In this document: piece by piece, positions 1-7,648 of the stretch
Layout of the letters: every line of letters starts with the position of its first letter
How positions within the stretch are numbered: the stretch's first letter is position 1
NCBI GenBank assembly: GCA_046536775.1
Contig: JAWDMD010000003.1
Coordinates: 1 to 27,391, forward strand
Length of the DNA stretch: 27,391 nucleotides
DNA from: Candidatus Nanopusillus sp.
GTDB lineage: Archaea > Nanobdellota > Nanobdellia > Nanobdellales > Nanobdellaceae
Direction of reading: 5' to 3'
Position numbers and translations under genes: made by a program
The notes under the pieces: generated by a model
The model's database searches: none
What the model saw: only the letters and a program-made list of their open reading frames with translations
Told to the model about the DNA's origin: nothing

Positions 1-2045
1 TATATTTTGTAAATAGTTCTGGAAATATGCTATATTCATGGTATGAAGGTCAATTTATTAATGGTAATACTTACTGTGATGTGTGGTGGTTGAATTTACC
101 AAATGGAATACCTGCCAATAGTAATATAACAATATATATGTATATAGGAAATAGTAGTGCCAATTATTATCAACAATATTATCCTTATGTAGGAGAAGCT
201 CCTTATTTATCATCAACATATGGGCAATATGATAATGGAAATTATGTATTTTTGTTATATAATAATGGAACATACCTATTCCCATTAAACAATATAGGAA
301 GTGGAGGATCTGAAAGTCTTACAACTAATGCGCCATCACCATGGAATTATGCATTAAGCTTAAGCGTTAGTGGCGGAACTGCAAGTGCAAATACATGGAC
401 AACAAGTGGAATAAATACAACATCAAGCCCATCTTTTAATTTATCAAATTCATATATAGCACAAACATTAGTCTATATAACAGGATCTAGCCCTTTAATA
501 GATCTATTAACTAATGTACAAAGTATAACTAATGGACAATTTTATGTATTTAGACTTGATGCTAGAGGAAATTATTATGATGGAATTGGATATTATCCTT
601 CAGGTGCAACCGCTACTACATTCTTAAATTATACAAGTATTTCGTCTAGTACTGGAGTTTGGTATATGTTAACTGCAGTAGATAATAATGATTATTTATA
701 TTTATACAAAAATATAGTTAGTAGTTATAGTAGTTATAATTTAGCATATTACGGAAATCTTGAAGCAAGTGCAAAAGGTGAGGGATATACTGGTGGTGGA
801 ATTGCAGTAACTACAGATGGAGCTACTTCCACAGATTATTTCACAATGATTTTAGTAAGATCGTTACCACCAAACAGTGTAATGCCTTCTATTATCCTAA
901 ATCCAACAATTAAGTGGTATTCTGTTGTTTTAACAAACACTCAACCTATTCCAACTCCATCTCCATTTCAACAAGATATAGCAATATGTAATGGAAGTAT
1001 AAATATTGGTAATAATTTTGCATATGTAAATAATGCAACATTATTTAATGAAGTAGATTCAAATGGACAAAATGTTTATTTTACAACAACCTGTAATAAT
1101 AACCCAAACATATATTCATGGTATGAAGGACAATTAATTAATGGTAATACTTACTGTGATGTTTGGTGGGTTAATATACCTCAAGGAATTCCTGGTAATT
1201 CAAATGTAACTATTTATATGAACATAGGACCAAATAGCTCTAATTATTATTCACAATATTATCCATATGTTGGTGCTTCTCCTCAAGTAATTTCAGGATA
1301 TGATAATGGTCAAGATGTATTTATAGCATATGGATATTTTAATAATACATTTGATGGTTGGAAAGGATATGTTTATGCAGGATCTTTTTCTCCTACAGCG
1401 ACTTCAAATGGTACTGAAATGATGAATAATCAGGGAGGAGAAGATACTTATATTTTACCTCCAAATAATGGAAATATTCCAGAAAAGCCTTTAATTGTTG
1501 AGGAAGCTTGGTATTTTTATAATGATGGAGATTCAAATATAATAGCATTATTTGGAAATACAAATCAGCAAATTAGCGCTACTAGTGCTGGATCTGGTGG
1601 TTATGGTTATACATATGCATCCAATTTATCTACATTTGCACAATTTGAATATTTGATGGGTGATACATATCTATTATCTGCAGTAACAAATAGTTTATTA
1701 AATCAAACATCTTTCACAGATAGTTATAGTAGTACTATTTATTCATATTTAATAGTTAATTCTACATATGCAGAAACAGGATATTATATTTATAATTCTA
1801 ATCAAGTATGGGCTCCCTTAACATTATTAAATACATATACTTATAATGTATATAATTCTAATAATATAAATAATGGAATCTCTGGATATACGTATTCCAA
1901 TTTAAATTATAATCCATTTCAATATGGTACATTAGAAATAAGTGCAGGATCTGATCCTTCTTATCCTTCATATCAATATGTAGAATGGGCTGTTGCTAGA
2001 GCTTATCCACCAAATGGAGTAATGCCTTCAATTTATATTGGTTAA
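1..2045 (+). CDS. Secreted/surface protein, 5'-truncated by the window edge; two tandem DUF2341-like plus beta-sandwich modules, each ending in PPN(S/G)VMPS
   Basis: The frame is open from nt 3 (YFVNSSGNMLYSWYEGQ). That stretch aligns with the interior of module 2 (VYFTTTCNNNPNIYSWYEGQ), so the ATG at 27 is internal and the gene starts upstream. Both modules carry YSWYEGQxINGNTYCDVWW(L/V)N(L/I)PxGIPxNSN(I/V)TIYMxIG, which I recall as the DUF2341 pattern. Module 2 is preceded by LTNTQPIPTPSPFQQ. The protein is N/S/T/Y-rich with many N-x-S/T sequons, which is typical of archaeal surface proteins. Confidence 0.75.
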   Translation, partial: YFVNSSGNMLYSWYEGQFINGNTYCDVWWLNLPNGIPANSNITIYMYIGNSSANYYQQYYPYVGEAPYLSSTYGQYDNGNYVFLLYNNGTYLFPLNNIGSGGSESLTTNAPSPWNYALSLSVSGGTASANTWTTSGINTTSSPSFNLSNSYIAQTLVYITGSSPLIDLLTNVQSITNGQFYVFRLDARGNYYDGIGYYPSGATATTFLNYTSISSSTGVWYMLTAVDNNDYLYLYKNIVSSYSSYNLAYYGNLEASAKGEGYTGGGIAVTTDGATSTDYFTMILVRSLPPNSVMPSIILNPTIKWYSVVLTNTQPIPTPSPFQQDIAICNGSINIGNNFAYVNNATLFNEVDSNGQNVYFTTTCNNNPNIYSWYEGQLINGNTYCDVWWVNIPQGIPGNSNVTIYMNIGPNSSNYYSQYYPYVGASPQVISGYDNGQDVFIAYGYFNNTFDGWKGYVYAGSFSPTATSNGTEMMNNQGGEDTYILPPNNGNIPEKPLIVEEAWYFYNDGDSNIIALFGNTNQQISATSAGSGGYGYTYASNLSTFAQFEYLMGDTYLLSAVTNSLLNQTSFTDSYSSTIYSYLIVNSTYAETGYYIYNSNQVWAPLTLLNTYTYNVYNSNNINNGISGYTYSNLNYNPFQYGTLEISAGSDPSYPSYQYVEWAVARAYPPNGVMPSIYIG

Positions 2046-2071
2046 AAATATGAATAATAATAATTTTCTAT

Positions 2072-2144
2072 GGTCCGGGTAGCCTAGCGGTAAGGCGTCG
2101 GGCTGTGGACCCGAAGATCGTGGGTTCAAATCCCACCCCGGACC
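2072..2144 (+). tRNA. tRNA-His (anticodon GTG) with genome-encoded G-1; no encoded CCA
   Basis: Folded by hand. G-1 is at 2072. Acceptor stem GTCCGGG/CCCGGAC. U8 A9. D stem GCCT/AGGC. Anticodon stem TCGGG/CCCGA with loop CTGTGGA. T arm GTGGG-TTCAAAT-CCCAC. Discriminator C at 2144 can pair with G-1. Confidence 0.93.
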
Positions 2145-3077
2145 CTAATGAGTTTCCCAACCAACAGTTTTTTCAAATCCTAAAATTTTCTTAATATAAC
2201 TTTCTAACAATAATTTTTCTTTATTTGTTATTTTACATAAATTATGAGCCATTTTTAATCCTCTTGGATAAGATTTTTGATCATAAATAACCTCTTTTAT
2301 TATTTCTTTAAACTTTTCTTTTTCAACTTTTTCCATTCCTTCTAATCTATATATATGATCATTATATCTTGCCCTGAAATATATTATATATATTTTTTTG
2401 TTACAAAATGAACAGTTTGGAATTTTAAAACCTAAAAATTCTTTTAATTGTTTTTCCCTAATATCTGTATAAAATATTTCTGATGGAAAAATTTTCATCA
2501 ATGTTAATAAATCAGATCTGCCCGGCTTTATTATATCTAAATTTAATATTCTCTTTGCAACTGCCAGCAAATTCCCTTTATTTATTAAATATTCGAAATT
2601 TTCTAAAAATTCTTTTCTCCTATTTTCAATATTTTCATCATAAAAATTATCTGGAAATTTTGAATACAATATAGAATCTGATATTATTGATCCATCTATA
2701 AATAGATATCTATCAAAATATTTTCTTGCCAATTTATATTCTAAATTTTTTGATAATAGTTCTGAAATATCCTGAATGTCAAAGTTTTCATTATTGATTG
2801 ATCTTATAAAAGATGTTTCAAAAAATTCTATATCCTCTATACTTTCATATATATCATCAGAAACAATTACTGCCCTTGAATATATATAACTATAAGGTCC
2901 AACAATTCCATTTACATGAGAAGAATCTATGAATCCATATTTTTTCTTTTCCTTTACTTCAACATTATCTAAATTTAATTTTTCGATATTAATTTTTTCT
3001 TCTTTATTAGTTTCTTCTTCTTTCTTTATTTGATTTATTTTTTGATTTACTTTTTCTAATAAATTTTTTGTTAACAT
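2145..3077 (-). CDS. nurA: NurA-like 5'-3' nuclease domain protein (RNase-H-like fold)
   Basis: 310-aa ORF. The motifs match my recollection of the NurA family: N-terminal acidic motif GFIDSS, an E in NLEYKLARKY, LFIDGSI, and C-terminal SYPRGLKMAHNLCKI (the YP..L..AH motif). Assigned from motifs only. Confidence 0.55.
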   Translation of the reverse strand: MLTKNLLEKVNQKINQIKKEEETNKEEKINIEKLNLDNVEVKEKKKYGFIDSSHVNGIVGPYSYIYSRAVIVSDDIYESIEDIEFFETSFIRSINNENFDIQDISELLSKNLEYKLARKYFDRYLFIDGSIISDSILYSKFPDNFYDENIENRRKEFLENFEYLINKGNLLAVAKRILNLDIIKPGRSDLLTLMKIFPSEIFYTDIREKQLKEFLGFKIPNCSFCNKKIYIIYFRARYNDHIYRLEGMEKVEKEKFKEIIKEVIYDQKSYPRGLKMAHNLCKITNKEKLLLESYIKKILGFEKTVGWETH

Positions 3078-3114
3078 AAAAATATTTTTATATTAAATTA
3101 TATTAAATATGTAT

Positions 3115-3167
3115 CCCGCTTAGACGAACCAATATGAAAAAGATGAATATTGGTAACGATGGGCGGG
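3115..3167. other. GC-rich irregular hairpin; candidate small structured RNA or leader element
   Basis: Perfect 8-bp stem ACCAATAT (3128-3135) / ATATTGGT (3147-3154) with 11-nt loop GAAAAAGATGA. CG/CG pairs at 3125-3126 and 3057-region partner 3157-3158. Outer 5-bp GC stem CCCGC (3115-3119) / GCGGG (3163-3167). It lies in the intergenic space between the divergent nurA-like gene and tRNA-Ser. The strand is undetermined. Confidence 0.3.
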
Positions 3168-3177
3168 GGACACTTAT

Positions 3178-3261
3178 GCCGCGGTGCCCGAGTGGTCCAA
3201 GGGGTATGGCTGGAGACCATATCCCCGAAAGGGGGCGTGGGTTCAAATCCCACCCGCGGCG
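3178..3261 (+). tRNA. tRNA-Ser (anticodon GGA), class II with long variable arm; no encoded CCA
   Basis: Folded by hand. Acceptor stem GCCGCGG/CCGCGGC. Anticodon stem TATGG/CCATA with loop CTGGAGA. Variable arm CCCC-GAAA-GGGG. T arm GTGGG-TTCAAAT-CCCAC. Discriminator G at 3261. Confidence 0.92.
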
Positions 3262-3394
3262 GATTTAAATTAAACTATTTTTATCTGTAAGTAAATTATT
3301 AATTACGTAAATTTTTAGTTAAAATCATGCATTATAAGCAATCTATCTTAAAGATAATAAAGTAAAATTTATAAATATTTACTACTACTATTAT

Positions 3395-4156
3395 ATGGTC
3401 ATGACAACAATAAGATATATATTTCAAAAGGCTAGGAATCCTTTTCGTAAACCAATAGACGATAGATGGGGACAGTATCTTTCAAATGAAGATAGAAGAG
3501 AAATAGCAAGATATCTAGCAGATAATAGAGATATAATAGAACGATTCTATCATCTTATTAATAAGAAAAATATTGATAAAGAAAATGCTGAGAAGATATT
3601 AGATTTTATTGATGAATTTACACATTATAATGCGTCTAGTCTAGGTTTTCCTGTCACACACAAGTATATCGAAGGGCTAAAAAGGCTTGATGACTTAATA
3701 GAAGATATAAAAAAAGGATACTTTCCTTTCCAAAAATATAATGTAGCAAAACCCCAACCAAACAATCATTATATAGAACTTGCATTTGGCATAAATATAG
3801 ATCCAAAAAACCAAAAAGAAACTTTAACTGAAATATTAGAAATAATAGGAGACATCTGGGCAAGAGGTTATCCTATATCTTATTATGGAAACACCTCCCC
3901 CATACAATATTATATAGAAATTAATAATAATCAAATTAATTTAAGATTTTTTATACATAGAGATATACCTTCAGAGATAGCGGGCTATCTACTTTACAGG
4001 CTAAATAATATTAGACAAAAAAATTTGATAGTACCTCCAAAAGGGAACCAATATTTTATTATTGGAAATGAACTGGGAATAGATCAAGATCCTAGTAAGG
4101 ATAAATACACAGAGGAAATTCTTATAAGCTTCAAAACTCTCCAAAAAATTTATTAA
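3395..4156 (+). CDS. Hypothetical protein (no family recognised)
   Basis: 253-aa ORF that is not low-complexity and is somewhat less AT-skewed than its neighbours. I could not place any motifs. Confidence 0.6.
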   Translation: MVMTTIRYIFQKARNPFRKPIDDRWGQYLSNEDRREIARYLADNRDIIERFYHLINKKNIDKENAEKILDFIDEFTHYNASSLGFPVTHKYIEGLKRLDDLIEDIKKGYFPFQKYNVAKPQPNNHYIELAFGINIDPKNQKETLTEILEIIGDIWARGYPISYYGNTSPIQYYIEINNNQINLRFFIHRDIPSEIAGYLLYRLNNIRQKNLIVPPKGNQYFIIGNELGIDQDPSKDKYTEEILISFKTLQKIY

Positions 4157-4247
4157 ATTAATAAAGCTTTTTTAGATTACTAAACACCATAAAAGAGTTT
4201 TTAAAAATCAGAAACAACTTTTTCATTATTTCAGATAAACAAAATTT

Positions 4248-4648
4248 TTAATTTCTTAAAAGATTATTAGAACTTATAACACCTTTTTCAATTAGATCTT
4301 TATCATCACTAATTAAAATTAAATTATATTTCTTAGCTAAATATAAATATACTGCATCATAATAAGATAAATTTTCTTTTATTGCTAAATCAAAAACCCC
4401 ATAATTCAATCTTACTTCCTTTATATTAGATTTTTCAAACATATAATTAAATAATTCAATCATTTCTTTTATTTCATTATTGGAAACTTTCTTTATTTCC
4501 TTATACTTTCTTAAATAACCTCCAATCTCATAAAATATTAAACAGAAAAAATACTTTCTTCCATTAATTCATTTATAAAATTTAAGTCTTTTTTATAAAA
4601 TCTCGAACTAATATTTATTAAAGTAGAAGTATCAATTACATATTTCAT
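4248..4648 (-). pseudogene. vapC: PIN-domain VapC-like toxin, disrupted by a 1-nt frameshift in a T6 run
   Basis: Read by hand. The ATG at 4648 gives MKYVIDTSTLINISSRFYKKDLNFINELMEESIFSV, then a stop at 4538-4540. Shifting by -1 inside ATTTTTTCTG (about 4545-4552) continues as FCLIFYEIGGYLRKYKEIKK... into the listed ORF 4248..4463. That ORF ends with the PIN C-terminal motif SYYDAVYLYLAKKYNLILISDDKDL. Confidence 0.75.
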
Positions 4649-4649
4649 T

Positions 4650-4808
4650 TTAATTTTCTTCTCTAACTCCTCTTATTATTTTTATATTTTCTTCAGAAGC
4701 AGCACCTGTTTTTTTCATTAATTCTCCTAACCTTTTTATTGCTTCCGTTCTTTTCTCCTTTTCTCTTCTTTTAATTTCTTCTCTTGTTGCTTTCCATCCT
4801 TTAAGCAT
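4650..4808 (-). CDS. Putative small antitoxin (52 aa) upstream of the frameshifted vapC
   Basis: Translated by hand: MLKGWKATREEIKRREKEKRTEAIKRLGELMKKTGAASEENIKIIRGVREEN. Its TAA (4650-4652) is separated by 1 nt from the vapC ATG, giving the AATTAAAATG junction typical of toxin-antitoxin gene pairs. No family assigned. Confidence 0.5.
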   Translation of the reverse strand: MLKGWKATREEIKRREKEKRTEAIKRLGELMKKTGAASEENIKIIRGVREEN

Positions 4809-4948
4809 AAATTATAGATATGTTTTCATATTCATAAAAGCTTTTATAAAAGCTTATAATATATATTGCTTTGAGATATCTAAATTGTTTTATTAAAATC
4901 TTTGCCATAATTTTTATTTTTAATAATTTTATAGATTATATATATTTT

Positions 4949-7513
4949 ATGACAGATCATTTTAAAGCAATATTTAAAACAGATCTTGATAGAAATCTTA
5001 ATTTTACTGAAGAAACTATTGAAATTTTAGATAACAAAATTTCCATATATGATAATAAAAACAAAATATTGGAAATCGATAATGTAGAAAAATTAGATAT
5101 AGAATACGGAATAAGTATATGTAAATTAGTTGCAATGGACAAAGATAAAAAAATATTTGAAGTCGCATATTTTACAAAGAAAAAGGCGGATAATATACAA
5201 AAAATTGTAGACGAATTTAATTTAAAGGTAAAAACAGAAATAATTGAAAAGGAAGAAGAAAAGAAAAGATCAAAGAAAGAAATATATGGGTTTTTAATGC
5301 AAATTATCAAAAAATATAAGAAAGAATTTACCTTAACTATTATTATCTTTATTATAGGTACTATAATAAATCTAATTCCACCTTATTTAACAGCTTTATT
5401 AATAAATAAAGTTCTTATATCAAAAACACCATCAATGGAAGTATTTCTTACAATAATTTTCTTAATGTTAATGTCCTATATTAGCCATAGACTTTTATTT
5501 ACAATGGGAGATGTTTTATTAAACATCGCAGAAACAAAAATTACAAAAGAAATAAGAGAGTTATTAGCTGGGCATATAATTTTTAATGATATCTCTTTTA
5601 TAGAGAAATATTCCCCTTCTAGATTAATAGCCAGATATCAATCTGATATAGAAGAAATAAACAGATTTCTTGTAGGAGATTTGACCTTTATAACTATAGA
5701 TACTCTAATACTTATTGGAACCATTATTATACTTTTTCTATTGTTGCCTTTTTTAGCAATACCTGTAATAATTTCTGCAACAGTTATTTTTGTCTTTTTT
5801 ATAATTTATGAAAAGAGAATAGAAACAATGAGTAAAAAAGCAAAAATAAAGTCAGTAGACGCTAGAACACAAGTGAATAATATTTTAAAGAATTTTTACA
5901 CTATTAAACTATTCTCAAAAGAAAAAGAAGAATATGAAAAAACAAAAAACATAATAAACTCTTGGTATACAATAGATATTAAAGTAGATAAACTTATTTC
6001 AATGAGAGGTGAATTATTATTTCTTATAATAGATTTAACTACTGTTTTTATATGGTATATGGGTGGAATTTTTGTAATTAATAATCTAATTAAGCTAGGT
6101 ATATTGGTTGCTTTTGTAACTTATATTTTATATATTTATGGCCCACTCCATACATATGAAGGATTTTTCAACGATCTTCCAGAAGCTTTGGTTTCTGCTG
6201 AAAGAATATTAGAATTATTAGAAGATAAACCAAAAATATTAAATAAAGAAAATGCTCTAAAACCAAATATGATTGATGAAATAAAATTTGTTAATGTTAC
6301 TTTTGGATATGAACCTGGTTTTCCCGTATTAAAAAATATTTCTTTTACAATAAAACCAAAAGAAAAGGTTGCAATTGTTGGAAAAAATGGTGCGGGGAAA
6401 ACAACAATCGTAAAATTATTATTAAGATTTTATGATGTAAATGATGGAGAAATATTAATTGGAAATACAAATATAAAAGATATAGATTTAAAATATCTTA
6501 AGGAAAGGATTTCTTATCTATCACAAGAACCAGAAATCTTTGATGATACTATCAGATATAATATATCTTATGGAAATCAAGATGCAAATGAAATAGAAAT
6601 AATTAAAGTTTGTAAGATTGTAAATATACATGACGATATAATTAAATTACCTTTTGCATATGATACCCTGGCAGGAGAAGAAGGAACAAGATTATCTGGT
6701 GGACAAAAACAAAAAATAGCAATTGCAAGGAACATAATAAAAAACCCAAATATATTTATATTTGATGAATTAACATCAAATATTGATGCTAAAAGCAGAG
6801 AAAATATTTTTTCTGCTATATTAAATATCTCAAAAGATAAAACTTTAATATATATTTCACATAATTTATCAGAAATATTAAATATGGATAGAGTTATTGT
6901 TATAGAAGATGGAAAAATTGTAGAGGAAGGGAAACCTGATGATTTAATTAAGAAAAAAGGAAAGTTATACGAATTATTTAAGAATCAAATAGAAAATATG
7001 GAAAGAATTGAAAAAGTTAATGAAGAAGTAGAAATATTTAATTTAAATATAATAAAAGATAAAAACATAATAATAGAACCAACTAATAGACCTAGTAGAG
7101 TAAATATTATATATAACGGTACTAAATATGAAAATCTTATGCCAAAACTTTTATTTCCAATATCAAATCCAAAGTTTGTAGGATTTTATGATGATAATCT
7201 AAATGAAATATTTTTATTAGAAGATTATACAATTTTAAATGAAGATTCTAGAAAAATATTAGAAAATGCAATAAAATATAATTCTATAATATATAAAATA
7301 GAGAAAATAAGAAAAATAGGAGTTGAAGGAGAAACAATAACATTAAATGCTTTTATAAATAATAAAGAATTAGAAATAAAAATAGCTTCTCCAGAAAATC
7401 TCTTTATTTTAGAAGATAAAATTTTGTTTATTGACGAAAATGATAATTTATATCAGATAATATTAAAAGATTTGGATAAAATGAGCTTAAAGGAATTAAA
7501 TAAGATAATTTAG
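4949..7513 (+). CDS. ABC exporter, fused 6-TM permease plus ATPase, with extra soluble N-terminal (~125 aa) and C-terminal (~170 aa, DUF1854-like) domains
   Basis: Six hydrophobic segments. Walker A GKNGAGKTT, signature LSGGQKQKIAIAR, Walker B IFIFDELTS, H-loop ISHNL. The start is placed at the ATG at 4949 (MTDHFKAIF). The track's 4871 start is a TTG followed by low-complexity text. Confidence 0.85.
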   Translation: MTDHFKAIFKTDLDRNLNFTEETIEILDNKISIYDNKNKILEIDNVEKLDIEYGISICKLVAMDKDKKIFEVAYFTKKKADNIQKIVDEFNLKVKTEIIEKEEEKKRSKKEIYGFLMQIIKKYKKEFTLTIIIFIIGTIINLIPPYLTALLINKVLISKTPSMEVFLTIIFLMLMSYISHRLLFTMGDVLLNIAETKITKEIRELLAGHIIFNDISFIEKYSPSRLIARYQSDIEEINRFLVGDLTFITIDTLILIGTIIILFLLLPFLAIPVIISATVIFVFFIIYEKRIETMSKKAKIKSVDARTQVNNILKNFYTIKLFSKEKEEYEKTKNIINSWYTIDIKVDKLISMRGELLFLIIDLTTVFIWYMGGIFVINNLIKLGILVAFVTYILYIYGPLHTYEGFFNDLPEALVSAERILELLEDKPKILNKENALKPNMIDEIKFVNVTFGYEPGFPVLKNISFTIKPKEKVAIVGKNGAGKTTIVKLLLRFYDVNDGEILIGNTNIKDIDLKYLKERISYLSQEPEIFDDTIRYNISYGNQDANEIEIIKVCKIVNIHDDIIKLPFAYDTLAGEEGTRLSGGQKQKIAIARNIIKNPNIFIFDELTSNIDAKSRENIFSAILNISKDKTLIYISHNLSEILNMDRVIVIEDGKIVEEGKPDDLIKKKGKLYELFKNQIENMERIEKVNEEVEIFNLNIIKDKNIIIEPTNRPSRVNIIYNGTKYENLMPKLLFPISNPKFVGFYDDNLNEIFLLEDYTILNEDSRKILENAIKYNSIIYKIEKIRKIGVEGETITLNAFINNKELEIKIASPENLFILEDKILFIDENDNLYQIILKDLDKMSLKELNKII

Positions 7514-7648
7514 ATTTTTGCTATTAAAATTTTATAACTTATTCAGTTTATAAATTTTATCCTAATTTTTATGATAATATAATAATTTTATATACCAATT
7601 ATTAGGATAAAAATCTATATTTATAAAAGTAAATATTATTATAATATT

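Noticed and set aside
3262-4810. Integrated element at tRNA-Ser: an ORFan with slightly different composition plus a toxin-antitoxin module, directly downstream of the tRNA.
   Set aside because: I found no copy of the tRNA-Ser 3' end (att-like direct repeat) downstream. There is no integrase, and the compositional difference is subtle. Too weak to report as a finding.
4871-4948. The track's TTG start, which adds 26 aa (MRYLNCFIKIFAIIFIFNNFIDYIYF) to the ABC transporter.
   Set aside because: The first codon is TTG and the extension is low-complexity AT-rich text. The ATG at 4949 begins ordinary protein sequence. I cannot fully exclude the extension being a signal anchor.
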